Source: Candidatus Omnitrophota bacterium (GTDB lineage: Bacteria > Omnitrophota > Gorgyraeia > Zapsychrales > Zapsychraceae). From it: a stretch of 64,000 bases of DNA. The position numbers were made by a program, and so were the translations under genes. Positions 38,583 to 48,118 of the stretch are shown in pieces; the first letter of the stretch is position 1, and every line of letters begins with the position of its first letter. A model generated the notes under the pieces. That model worked only from the letters and a program-made list of their open reading frames with translations. It did no database searches and was not told the DNA's origin. The stretch covers positions 12,122 through 76,121 of the forward strand of contig JADFYE010000005.1 of assembly GCA_015233195.1 (NCBI GenBank), written 5' to 3'.

Positions 38583-40307
38583 CTAAAAAATTTCTTTATC
38601 GACGGCATTTAACAACGGTCTAATCGTAATATCACTAAAATCAAACTTTATATCCGCAGCCGCGAATAATTCCATTAAAGAACAGCTTCCACCCAAAGCC
38701 AAAGCCTGCTTATAACACTGCACTGCCAATTTAAAATCTTTCCTGAAATTTAACCATATCTGCAACGCTCCTAATTGCGCGATCCCATATTCAATATAAT
38801 AAAATGGAACTTCAAAAATATGCAGTTGCCTATGCCATAAATAAGTCTGCTCTTCGTCCAGACCAGACCAATCAACTGCCTGAGAACCAAAACGCGATCT
38901 AATCTCTATCCATTTTTTCCGTCGATCTTCGCTAGTATGCCCTGGATTTTCATACATCCAATGCTGAAAACTATCAACTACCGCAACCCAAACTAAAATA
39001 AAAACTACATCTTCCCAATGTTCGATTTTAGAACGCAAAAACTCATCCGCGCTATAAAACTCAGACAAAAATTCCCCGCCTAATAATTCCATGCCCATCG
39101 AAGCAACCTCGCAAAATTCCATCGGCGCATGACGATAATCAAGCAAAGGATCTACGCTGCAAGCAAAAGCATGAAACGCGTGCCCGCCCTCGTGCAATAA
39201 AGTCCGCACATCCGAATCCAATCCCACCGCATTCATAAAAATAAATGGTTTACGCGTTTCATTTAATGTCGACTGATAACCACCAGGCGCTTTACCTTTT
39301 CGACTTGCCAAATCCAGCAAACCGTGTTCACGCATCTGTTTAAATTGCCCACCCAATTCCGGATCTACTTGCGCGAAAATTTGGTTACAGCCTGCAATCA
39401 ATCTATCAATCTCAGTAAAAGGTTTTAATGCCTCCCTCCCTAACGGATCAACTGCAGTATCCCACGGACGTAAAACATTTAGCTTCATTTGATTTCTACG
39501 GCGTTCTAAAATTTTTATCCAAACCGGCACTACAAATTTTTCAATTGCCTCATGATATTTTTTACAATCTTCCGGTAAATAATCAAACCTATGCAAAGCT
39601 TTAAATTTATAATCACGGTAATTATCAAAACCGCAATTTTTCGCAATTTGGTTACGCAAATAAAACATCCGGTCAAAAATAGAATTTAATTTATCTTTAT
39701 CCTTCAACCGCCTTTGACTGATCGCGCGCCAAGCAGTTTCTCGCTTAACCCGGTCAGTTTCATGCAAATATTTTTCCATCTGCGGCAAAGTATGTTCTGT
39801 ACCATTAAACTCAACCGTCATCTTCCCGCATATCGCCTGATATTCCTGACTTAAAAGATCCACTTCAGTTTCAAGCGCAATATTTTCTTCTCTGAACAAT
39901 TTAACATCCTGTTCAATTTTACGTAAATATATCCCATACCGTTTTTCGTTTACCGGATATGTTCTAACTTTATCCAACAAAAATAAATCCAATTTTTGTT
40001 CATAAGGTTTCATCGCCGGAATAACATTTTCAATGAACGCGCTATACGCTTTTGCTCTTTGCTCATCGTCAGTCTGGCAAGTCATTAAAATATATAAAAC
40101 CGAACTATGCTGATCAACTGCTGCCTCAAACTCAGATCTATCAAATATCCACTGTTCCAAATCATTAGAACTGTTAATCACCTTATCCAATAACAACTTG
40201 TAATATTTTTCAATAATCGCCCAATCTCCCAAATTATCATCAACGCCTAAAAATTTACGTTCTACAAATGGCTTAAAACCCTTTAAATTTTCGCCTGTTA
40301 TATCCAT
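38583..40307 (-). CDS. pepF: Oligoendopeptidase F (peptidase M3B)
   Basis: Contains HEGGHAFH (HExxH) in the M3 fold. 574 aa. Confidence 0.8.
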   Translation of the reverse strand: MDITGENLKGFKPFVERKFLGVDDNLGDWAIIEKYYKLLLDKVINSSNDLEQWIFDRSEFEAAVDQHSSVLYILMTCQTDDEQRAKAYSAFIENVIPAMKPYEQKLDLFLLDKVRTYPVNEKRYGIYLRKIEQDVKLFREENIALETEVDLLSQEYQAICGKMTVEFNGTEHTLPQMEKYLHETDRVKRETAWRAISQRRLKDKDKLNSIFDRMFYLRNQIAKNCGFDNYRDYKFKALHRFDYLPEDCKKYHEAIEKFVVPVWIKILERRRNQMKLNVLRPWDTAVDPLGREALKPFTEIDRLIAGCNQIFAQVDPELGGQFKQMREHGLLDLASRKGKAPGGYQSTLNETRKPFIFMNAVGLDSDVRTLLHEGGHAFHAFACSVDPLLDYRHAPMEFCEVASMGMELLGGEFLSEFYSADEFLRSKIEHWEDVVFILVWVAVVDSFQHWMYENPGHTSEDRRKKWIEIRSRFGSQAVDWSGLDEEQTYLWHRQLHIFEVPFYYIEYGIAQLGALQIWLNFRKDFKLAVQCYKQALALGGSCSLMELFAAADIKFDFSDITIRPLLNAVDKEIF

Positions 40308-40322
40308 ACTGCCCTTTCTTAC

Positions 40323-40350
40323 TTGACAAATTGCAAAACATTAGTATACT
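40323..40350 (+). promoter_or_regulatory. Sigma70-type promoter of rpmB
   Basis: TTGACA at 40323-40328, a 16-nt spacer, then TATACT at 40345-40350. AAGGAA lies 7 nt before the ATG at 40408. Confidence 0.6.
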
Positions 40351-40407
40351 TTTACTCTCAAGTTCGAAATCTGTCTAATCATTTTAAATAAATTATAAGG
40401 AATCTTT

Positions 40408-40632
40408 ATGAAAGAATGTATTATTTGCAAAAAAACCACTCAGCCAGGCGCTAAATATAAAAGACGCGGTATGGTTAAAAGTAAAGGTGGTGCTGGTTCT
40501 AAAATCGTTGGAAAAACTTTCCGTACTTTTGAGCCAAATTTACAAAAAATTAAAGTAAATATAAATGGGACTGTTAAACGTGTTGACGTTTGCACCAGCT
40601 GTATTCAAAAAGGTAAAATTACAAAAGCTTAA
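40408..40632 (+). CDS. rpmB: 50S ribosomal protein L28
   Basis: 74 aa with FEPNLQKIKV...RVDVCTSCIQKGKI. It is the only plus-strand gene in the window. Confidence 0.8.
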   Translation: MKECIICKKTTQPGAKYKRRGMVKSKGGAGSKIVGKTFRTFEPNLQKIKVNINGTVKRVDVCTSCIQKGKITKA

Positions 40633-40654
40633 ATTTAAATATTAGAGTTTTAAT

Positions 40655-40688
40655 AAAAAAGACCATGAGTAACTATGGTCTTTTTTAA
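40655..40688. terminator. Bidirectional rho-independent terminator between rpmB (+) and recJ (-)
   Basis: AAAAAA-GACCAT-gagtaact-ATGGTC-TTTTTT is a perfect hairpin flanked by an A-run and a T-run. Confidence 0.75.
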
Positions 40689-40705
40689 TTTATAATTTTA
40701 AAATC

Positions 40706-42388
40706 CTAAACCGCCAACCTAATATCCTTAAGTTTTAATTGTGCTACCGGCGCTTTATTCCAATCATCAATCCCAATATTAAAAGCCAAATCAACTTTAT
40801 TCCCCACGTCTATCATATTCGCAAAACTTCCCATTCCAAAACCAACCGCAGATATTGAAGAATCCCCGTCACTTACCCAAAACTTAATAGTTTCTTTCCC
40901 CATAACTTGCGGACGACTTTTTACTGTAACACCTAAAACACAAAACACCGGCTCAGGATTTCCTTCACCAAACGGCTCCATGGTATCAATAGTATTAGCC
41001 AATTCTAAACCAACATCATCCAAACTCACTTCACAATCAATATTTATGTTAGGTATCAGCCGCTTTAATTCCAAATCTGTATGAGCAATTTTATTTATAG
41101 CCTTTTTAAACGCTTCAATATGTTCAACTTTTATAGTAAGACCAGCAGCCCCTTCATGCCCGCCAAATCGTTCTAACAAATCTGAACATTCCAATAAAGC
41201 GTCATGTAAATGAAACCCGTCAATAGAACGAGCTGAAGCAGTACCAATTCCGTCCTCAACTGATATAACAATAGCCGGACGATAATATTTATCAGTTATA
41301 CGGGAAGCGACTATTCCCAAAACTCCTTTATGCCATCCCTCTTTGCACAAAACAATTACTTTATCCTCTATAAAATTAACTTCGCGCTCAACTAATGCCA
41401 ATGCCTCGTCTATAACTTCCCTTTGCATTTTCTGACGAAGATTATTGTGTTTTTCCAACTCAGCAGCAAAACCTTGAGCTTTAACATCATCCTGCGCAAG
41501 AAATAGATCTAAGGAATCATGCGCTGAATCCATACGACCTGCAGCATTTATCCTCGGTCCTAAAATAAACCCAATGTGAAACGGTCTTATGGTTTTTCCT
41601 AAGATCTTCGCGTTTTCTAAAAGCGCCCGCAATCCTTTATTCCTGGTCTGATTAAGCCGCTTTAAACCGCTTTTTACCAGTATCCGATTCTCGCCCAACA
41701 ATGGCACAATATCTGCCACAGTTCCAATCGCCGCAAAATCCAAAGCTTCATCTGTAATCTGCCCTATAAGCGCCTGGGATATTTTTGCAGCCAGACCAAC
41801 CCCGGCTAAATGTTTAAATGGATAAGGGCAACCTTTTTGTTTTGGATTAACTATTGCAACTGCATCCGGTAATTCTTCCGACGGCTCATGATGATCAATA
41901 ATAATAACTTCCAGACCTAATTTATTTACTGCATCAACCGCTGCACACGCATTGATACCGCAATCAACTGTTACGATCAAACTTATCCCATTACTCTTAG
42001 CTATCTCGCCGATATCCATGCTTAGACCATAGCCGTGCAACATCCGGTGCGGAATATGATTATCAACCACAATCCCATATTGTTGAAATGTATCATGAAG
42101 TAAAGCTGAAGCAGTTACACCATCAACATCATAATCGCCGTATATCAAAACTTTTTCTTTACGGTCTCGGGCTAATTTAATCCGCTCCACTGCTTCTTTC
42201 ATCCCCTTCATAATAAATGGATCTAAAAGATCGCTCATGGTAGAAGATAAAAATTGTCGAGCATCTTCTGGAAGTTTAATGTCGCGATTTATCAAAAGCT
42301 GGGCTACAACTGGATGAATACTTAACGCAGAAACTAATTTAGCCTTGCACTTAGGATGTGCCGGCAAAATATTCCAAATTTTATCCAT
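40706..42388 (-). CDS. recJ: Single-stranded-DNA-specific exonuclease RecJ
   Basis: DHH/DHHA1 motifs (VLIYGDYDVDGVTASALL, IIIDHH) in 560 aa. Confidence 0.85.
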   Translation of the reverse strand: MDKIWNILPAHPKCKAKLVSALSIHPVVAQLLINRDIKLPEDARQFLSSTMSDLLDPFIMKGMKEAVERIKLARDRKEKVLIYGDYDVDGVTASALLHDTFQQYGIVVDNHIPHRMLHGYGLSMDIGEIAKSNGISLIVTVDCGINACAAVDAVNKLGLEVIIIDHHEPSEELPDAVAIVNPKQKGCPYPFKHLAGVGLAAKISQALIGQITDEALDFAAIGTVADIVPLLGENRILVKSGLKRLNQTRNKGLRALLENAKILGKTIRPFHIGFILGPRINAAGRMDSAHDSLDLFLAQDDVKAQGFAAELEKHNNLRQKMQREVIDEALALVEREVNFIEDKVIVLCKEGWHKGVLGIVASRITDKYYRPAIVISVEDGIGTASARSIDGFHLHDALLECSDLLERFGGHEGAAGLTIKVEHIEAFKKAINKIAHTDLELKRLIPNINIDCEVSLDDVGLELANTIDTMEPFGEGNPEPVFCVLGVTVKSRPQVMGKETIKFWVSDGDSSISAVGFGMGSFANMIDVGNKVDLAFNIGIDDWNKAPVAQLKLKDIRLAV

Positions 42389-42412
42389 TATCTCTCCTTG
42401 GGAAGAAGGAGA

Positions 42413-44086
42413 TCACATTTTAGAAGGCGCACTAACCCCGATTAAGCGCAACCCATTGGCAAGGGTAGTCCGTGCCGCGTTCGCCAAAGCCAACCGCTCC
42501 GACGAAAGATCCTGGTCTTCAGTAATTACCCGATGCCGGTCGTAGAACTTATGGAACGCTGTAGCCAATTCAAGCATATAGCTCGCCAAAGGATACGGAT
42601 CCATTTGTTTGTAACAAACCAACAACGCTGATGAAAAACCATTTATCTTTTTTATGAGATTTATCTCTTCTTCCTCGTTAAGTAAACGGAATCCAGCACC
42701 TTTAGCTGAAATACCGCAAGCAGCTGCTTTTTCATTTATGCTATGTACCCGAGCATGAGCGTATTGAATGTAATAAACCGGGTTCTCAGCAGTCTGCTTT
42801 TTTGCAACTTCTAGGTCAAACTCCAGCTGCGCTTTTATATGGCGCATTAAAAAGAAATATCTTGAAGCGTCTTTTCCGACCTCTTCAAGCACTTCCCTCA
42901 AAGTAATATATTGTCCTTTACGGGTAGACATTGATAAAACCTGCCCGTCTCTAAATATAGTAGCTAATTGTACTATCAACACTTCAATATCATCTTTATT
43001 ACGACCTAAAGCCTGTGCTGCTGCTTTTAAACGCGGTATGTAACCATGATGATCCGGACCTAAAATATCAAAAACACGACTGAAACCGCGATCAAATTTA
43101 TTTTTATGATAAACAATATCCGGCGCCAAATATGTATAACTGCCGTCACTCTTACGCACTACCCGGTCTTTATCATCGCCCAGATCAGTAGTCTTAAACC
43201 ACAATGCCCCGTCTTTTTCATATATAAGACCTTTTCGAGCGATCTCTTCCAAAACCTTTTTAATATTTTCCGCACCCGCAACTTTTGACTCAAACGACCA
43301 GCAATCATACTGCACGCCAAAATCTTCCAATTCTTTGCGATTAACCTCCAGCAAATACCCTCCAGCAAAATCTTTAAATTCCTGCTCAGTCAACGCATCC
43401 AATTGCTCTAAATTTTTGATCGAGTGCTTATCCAAAAAAAGCTGAGCCATATCCCGAATATAATCACCTTGATAATGATCTTCAGGATACTCAACTACTC
43501 GTCCTAATATTTCATTCGCGCGCAAACGCACTGAATTTCCTAATATCCGGATCTGATTTCCGCCGTCATTTACATAATATTCTTTTTTAGCATCAAATCC
43601 TATATGCCGCAAAATATTCACCAACGCGTCCCCTACTGCTGCTTGACGCGCATGTGCCACACTTAAAGGTCCAGTCGGATTAGCACTAACAAACTCGATC
43701 ATTAATTTTTCATTTTTGCCATAATCCAATTTACCAAAAGCCTGGTCAGCTTTCAAAATGCCCTCTAAAATATCCCGAAAAAACTGAGTACTAAAAAAGA
43801 AATTAATAAAACCCGGATTTTTGACTTCAACTTTAGCGATCTTAGATTTTATTTTTGATTTCTCGAGCAAGGCGTTTATTTTAATTACCAACTCTTGAGC
43901 TATAACCATAGGCGGCTTACGTAAGATCTTGGCAGATTTTAAGGCTAGCGTAGTGGAAATATCACCAAATTCCTTCTCGATCGGAATCTCCCACTCAATC
44001 AAAGGCAGATCAGTCCCAGCAGGCAAAGAATCTTTTATAGATCCTATTAATATATCCGCTAATTGTTCTTCAATATTTTGAGACAT
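42413..44086 (-). CDS. argS: Arginine--tRNA ligase
   Basis: SANPTGPLSVAHARQAAVGDAL, KSDGSYTY and a DALR anticodon-binding C-terminus. 557 aa. Confidence 0.85.
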   Translation of the reverse strand: MSQNIEEQLADILIGSIKDSLPAGTDLPLIEWEIPIEKEFGDISTTLALKSAKILRKPPMVIAQELVIKINALLEKSKIKSKIAKVEVKNPGFINFFFSTQFFRDILEGILKADQAFGKLDYGKNEKLMIEFVSANPTGPLSVAHARQAAVGDALVNILRHIGFDAKKEYYVNDGGNQIRILGNSVRLRANEILGRVVEYPEDHYQGDYIRDMAQLFLDKHSIKNLEQLDALTEQEFKDFAGGYLLEVNRKELEDFGVQYDCWSFESKVAGAENIKKVLEEIARKGLIYEKDGALWFKTTDLGDDKDRVVRKSDGSYTYLAPDIVYHKNKFDRGFSRVFDILGPDHHGYIPRLKAAAQALGRNKDDIEVLIVQLATIFRDGQVLSMSTRKGQYITLREVLEEVGKDASRYFFLMRHIKAQLEFDLEVAKKQTAENPVYYIQYAHARVHSINEKAAACGISAKGAGFRLLNEEEEINLIKKINGFSSALLVCYKQMDPYPLASYMLELATAFHKFYDRHRVITEDQDLSSERLALANAARTTLANGLRLIGVSAPSKM

Positions 44087-44094
44087 AATTATTC

Positions 44095-44152
44095 TAAAAA
44101 ATAGACCATATTACAAAGAAAAATCAGTTCAAACATCTTTGCAATATGGTCT
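44095..44152 (-). terminator. Long hairpin plus U-run between rsfS and argS (terminator or attenuator-like)
   Basis: On the minus-strand RNA, AGACCAUAUUGCAAAG, an 18-nt loop and CUUUGUAAUAUGGUCU form a 16-bp stem with one G-U pair. AUUUUUUAG follows, and the hairpin ends 16 nt before the argS ATG. Confidence 0.55.
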
Positions 44153-44154
44153 AG

Positions 44155-44523
44155 TTAATTTACTTTTCTTTGAGGTATTTCTTCAACCCAATCGATCTTC
44201 TTAGCATCGCGCCACAAATACTCTAATTGATAGAACTCACGGGTATCTTTTTCAAACACATGCACCACAACATCACCAATATCAAAAACCACCCAATCGT
44301 TTTTACCAGTGCGTTGTTTTGATGAAATCTTCATCCCAGTTTTAGCGAGTTCGTCTTGAATATTATCCGCAATAGCTTTCACATGACGATCAGTGTTCCC
44401 GGTACAAATAACAAAATAATCGCAAAAATTAACAATTTCTTTCATTTCCAGGATCGCAATATTTTCCGCTTTCTTATCCGAAGCAAATTGTGCGATTTTA
44501 CTTACCAGATCGTTAGGTATCAA
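44155..44523 (-). CDS. rsfS: Ribosomal silencing factor RsfS (Iojap)
   Basis: SDKKAENIAILEM...CDYFVICTGNTDRHVKAIADNI...DWVVFDIGDVVVHVF. The apparent start is a TTG. Confidence 0.75.
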   Translation of the reverse strand: MIPNDLVSKIAQFASDKKAENIAILEMKEIVNFCDYFVICTGNTDRHVKAIADNIQDELAKTGMKISSKQRTGKNDWVVFDIGDVVVHVFEKDTREFYQLEYLWRDAKKIDWVEEIPQRKVN

Positions 44524-44585
44524 AGATGTAGACCGTGCGATAGTTTGAATTTCCCTTTTAAATTAATAAAGTTATTTATTAATAC

Positions 44586-44756
44586 TTATTTTTTAAGTTT
44601 AGCTGCTTGATCTTTTCCCAAAACTCTCCAGCATTCATGCGTTCCTACTTGCGATTTAGTAACCGCGAAAAATCTGCCATTCTTTTCACGAACTTCATAA
44701 GCATCAGAATCAAACTTCTTCTTTGATTTTACATCATAAAAAGACAACTTCTCCAT
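44586..44756 (-). CDS. Small hypothetical protein (56 aa), below the ORF-track size cutoff
   Basis: ATG 44754-44756 has GGAGG 5 nt upstream. The translation is MEKLSFYDVKSKKKFDSDAYEVREKNGRFFAVTKSQVGTHECWRVLGKDQAAKLKK, ending at a TAA at 44586-44588. Confidence 0.45.
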   Translation of the reverse strand: MEKLSFYDVKSKKKFDSDAYEVREKNGRFFAVTKSQVGTHECWRVLGKDQAAKLKK

Positions 44757-44821
44757 GCGTGCCTCCTAGTTATAAGTTTAAAATTGTTTTTGATTTTAAC
44801 TGATACCAATACAAAAGTCAA

Positions 44822-46090
44822 CTATATCCCCAAAATTTCTCTTATATCGCGCTCTTGAGCATGACTTACTTGACCTACCAACGCAAGATTAAATTTCTTC
44901 TCATCAATTATTTGTTGAGCTAAAATCTGAATATCACCCTTCGTAATCTTTGCGAATTCAGCTAACACTTCCTTTATAGTCTTTACCTTGTTCTGCTGTA
45001 ATACCCACTCAGTCATCCACAACATATGATCCATAGTATCTTCCAAACCTAAAAGCAACTGACCCACTAAATAATCCTTGGCTCTTTGAAATTCATCCTG
45101 CGATATGCCATTCTTTTTTACTTTACGTAATTCCGTAATAATAAGATCAAATGCTTGTACTAATTTCTTATTGTCTACACCGGCACGTACTGCAAACAAA
45201 CCTGTATCAGATAAATATTTAGCACTGCAGCCAATCGAATATGCCAGCCCCCGCTTTTCTCTAACTTCACTAAACAGCCGGCTCGACATATTTCCGCCTA
45301 AAATAGTAGTTAAAATACTCATTTTATAACGATCTTTATGTCCCTCTGCCAAACCAGGCATACCTAAAAGCATATGTATTTGCTCTGTTTTTTTATCCGA
45401 AATTTTATATCTGGCAATTTTTTGTTCTAAATTCGAAGGTATACACCCTGGAGCTTTTCGAACTGATAAACCAGATAATTTCTTTTTTATTAAAGCCAAA
45501 ATTCTATTATTTTCAATCTCACCAGCAATACCAATAACCGCATTTGAAGGTGCATAATGTGCCTGATGAAATTTGCAGAGATCCTGCCTACTCATACCCA
45601 TAACCGTATCGGCTGTACCAGCCAAACCTTGACCTAATGGATGCTCTCCCCACATTAGTTTCTCTAAAACATCAACCACATGATGAGCCGGCTGATCCGC
45701 GTACATTTTTATTTCTTCTACAATAACAGTTTTTTCTTTTGCAACATCTTTAGCATTTATATTCGGGAAGAAAGCTATATCAGCCAAAATATCAAAAGTC
45801 CGGTCAAAATGTTGAGATGGGATCTTGGCATAAAAACAGGTTTGTTCTTCAGCAGTAAAAGCATTCAAAGCACCGCCCACACCTTCAATCATTTCTTTTA
45901 TTTCTGCGCATTTATAATTACGACTTCCTTTAAAAACTATATGCTCCAAAAAATGCGCGGCACCCTTTATAATTTTTTGCTCATAACGACCACCAGCACC
46001 TACCATAATCCCCAAAGCGATACTATTCCGCTGACTCATATTATGAGTAACAACCCTCAAACCATTATTTAGTTTCTGTTGTTTATACAT
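44822..46090 (-). CDS. M16-family zinc peptidase (insulinase/PqqL-like)
   Basis: Inverted zinc-binding motif HFLEH...E near the N-terminus. 422 aa. Confidence 0.75.
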   Translation of the reverse strand: MYKQQKLNNGLRVVTHNMSQRNSIALGIMVGAGGRYEQKIIKGAAHFLEHIVFKGSRNYKCAEIKEMIEGVGGALNAFTAEEQTCFYAKIPSQHFDRTFDILADIAFFPNINAKDVAKEKTVIVEEIKMYADQPAHHVVDVLEKLMWGEHPLGQGLAGTADTVMGMSRQDLCKFHQAHYAPSNAVIGIAGEIENNRILALIKKKLSGLSVRKAPGCIPSNLEQKIARYKISDKKTEQIHMLLGMPGLAEGHKDRYKMSILTTILGGNMSSRLFSEVREKRGLAYSIGCSAKYLSDTGLFAVRAGVDNKKLVQAFDLIITELRKVKKNGISQDEFQRAKDYLVGQLLLGLEDTMDHMLWMTEWVLQQNKVKTIKEVLAEFAKITKGDIQILAQQIIDEKKFNLALVGQVSHAQERDIREILGI

Positions 46091-46096
46091 AAGCTC

Positions 46097-48118
46097 CTAA
46101 AAAATTACAGTTATAAGTAAACCAATAAAAATCAAAAACACTGCCCAATAAAATTTAATGTCATAAATATGACTTTTATATCGTTCTTCTTTTGTTCTGA
46201 TCTCGCAAGTTTCGATATATGGCACTGGGTCCCTTCGATACCAACCAAATATCTCAACATCCTGATCAATAAAATTCTTGGTCTTTAAGACTCCCCAACT
46301 ATTGCTAATTGCCAACGGACTTTCCCGATCCAAAAAAATCATACCAGTTTCATCTTTAAAAATAATATCATCCGTTAATATCGATACCGCACTTCCTCGT
46401 CCGATAATTTTTCCTTTAACCTGACAAGCTACTGGTCTAATTTCAGAAACTTTAATTTTTTTCAACAAAGCATGCACATTCATCGGAGCAAATTCACCCG
46501 AAGGATAAGCCATGAATAATTTTAAAAAATAACCTAAACCTAAAGCAGCGACCAGCATGCCTAACTGATGAAAACCTGAACGTTCCAACCCTAAAAATAC
46601 GACCAGCAAAGTTATTATAACAAAAACTACCGGCGCTAAATTTATAGACACTTCAAATAAAAAATTTACCCAAAATGATTCGGGTCGTTTTTCATCAAAT
46701 GTTACATAGGATTCCCTGCCTAAATATTCAGAAAAGTTATTTAACATGCTAATGCGTTTAGCCAACAATGGATGGGTTGATCTAACTTCGTAATATAGCG
46801 CCCACGGACTCCACATATCCCACTTTGCCGCATCTTTTATTGTATCACACGCAGGTTCATTGCCAGCCTCAATAACCATGCTCAAAGCTTGCTCCTCATC
46901 AAATATTCCAAAAGCCTTGATAGCCTTAAAACCATCTTGGCGCTCATTCTGTTCTTTAATGTTTACATTTTTTCCAGCTAAACTGTATCCAATTTTTACT
47001 AAAGCAGAACATAATTTTTCCGGATGCCCAGTAACTTCTCCTGAAAAACGATCCGCGTAATATTCCCTTACTCTCGAGAACCATACAAAGGTCATCTCAT
47101 GCATAATATAAAAAATGTATGCGATCCTCGATATAACATAGCGAGCGGCTTCATTGGGGATTTTTTCTGACCTGCGGCAAGTATGATATATGTAATTCCA
47201 AAATAATGGTAAAGGTTGAAATAATGTTATCAATAACATATCCCACCTGGATATATGCCCAATTTCATGCGCAGTAACCGCCCTAAGTTCTTCCTCGTCT
47301 AACAAATCCAACAAACCTTCAGAAACCACCAAACGACTGCTATTAGCATGATATCCATAAGTAAAAGACTGGGGAGCTCCGTCGGGTATTATCCCTATCA
47401 AAGGCATTGCAATATTTTTATCTTTACATGTTTCGCGTATAAAATTTACCAGTTTTGAATATTTATTTTCTAGAACTGAAAAATCCAGCCAATCCACCTG
47501 ATAAAATCCTTTTAACAATAAATCCATAAATATTGGTCCGGTTAAAAACAACGTGACCATTATCAAAACGCTGAGCATAGGCACTAAAAGTAACGGCAAT
47601 TTAAAACATAAAACCAATATCGATAAAACCAATGATATTAAAACATAATATCCAGCTACCCCTGCTACTGAACTTAAAATCAAATTCGGCAAAGGCAATA
47701 ATCCGATCCGTACATTTGGCATGTAAGAATCATAAGTAGTGCCGTCCAATTTTCCATCAAATGAAAATTCCTGATCAACATTAATTCTCAATCTATCGAT
47801 TGGGAACTTTTTTATCTCATCCCGGTCTAACCATATCCCGCCGCTATAAGGACAATAATCTATCACCACTTCACCATCAAACATGTTAAACTCAACCATA
47901 AGTTTATCTGAAACTGGAGATACGCGATTTGATGGGCGTTGTTTTAAAATCGCTTCATTAAATTTTTTCTCAATATAATTTGGAAACTTTGTGAAAAAAT
48001 AAATCTCGTCTTTGTCCAGCCAGATTCCTTCACACTGCGGGCAAAGATCTACTTCAACGCCTTGGCGAGTCAATACTGAACTCAAGTCCATATTTTCACA
48101 AACCGGACAGCGTTTCAT
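46097..48118 (-). CDS. Membrane M48-family metalloprotease (HtpX-like) with two N-terminal zinc-ribbon domains
   Basis: Two CPxC...CPQCEGIWLD / CPYSGGIWLD ribbons of the zf-TFIIB-like type are followed by multiple transmembrane segments and a HEIGH...E..AD M48 active site. Confidence 0.7.
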   Translation of the reverse strand: MKRCPVCENMDLSSVLTRQGVEVDLCPQCEGIWLDKDEIYFFTKFPNYIEKKFNEAILKQRPSNRVSPVSDKLMVEFNMFDGEVVIDYCPYSGGIWLDRDEIKKFPIDRLRINVDQEFSFDGKLDGTTYDSYMPNVRIGLLPLPNLILSSVAGVAGYYVLISLVLSILVLCFKLPLLLVPMLSVLIMVTLFLTGPIFMDLLLKGFYQVDWLDFSVLENKYSKLVNFIRETCKDKNIAMPLIGIIPDGAPQSFTYGYHANSSRLVVSEGLLDLLDEEELRAVTAHEIGHISRWDMLLITLFQPLPLFWNYIYHTCRRSEKIPNEAARYVISRIAYIFYIMHEMTFVWFSRVREYYADRFSGEVTGHPEKLCSALVKIGYSLAGKNVNIKEQNERQDGFKAIKAFGIFDEEQALSMVIEAGNEPACDTIKDAAKWDMWSPWALYYEVRSTHPLLAKRISMLNNFSEYLGRESYVTFDEKRPESFWVNFLFEVSINLAPVVFVIITLLVVFLGLERSGFHQLGMLVAALGLGYFLKLFMAYPSGEFAPMNVHALLKKIKVSEIRPVACQVKGKIIGRGSAVSILTDDIIFKDETGMIFLDRESPLAISNSWGVLKTKNFIDQDVEIFGWYRRDPVPYIETCEIRTKEERYKSHIYDIKFYWAVFLIFIGLLITVIF

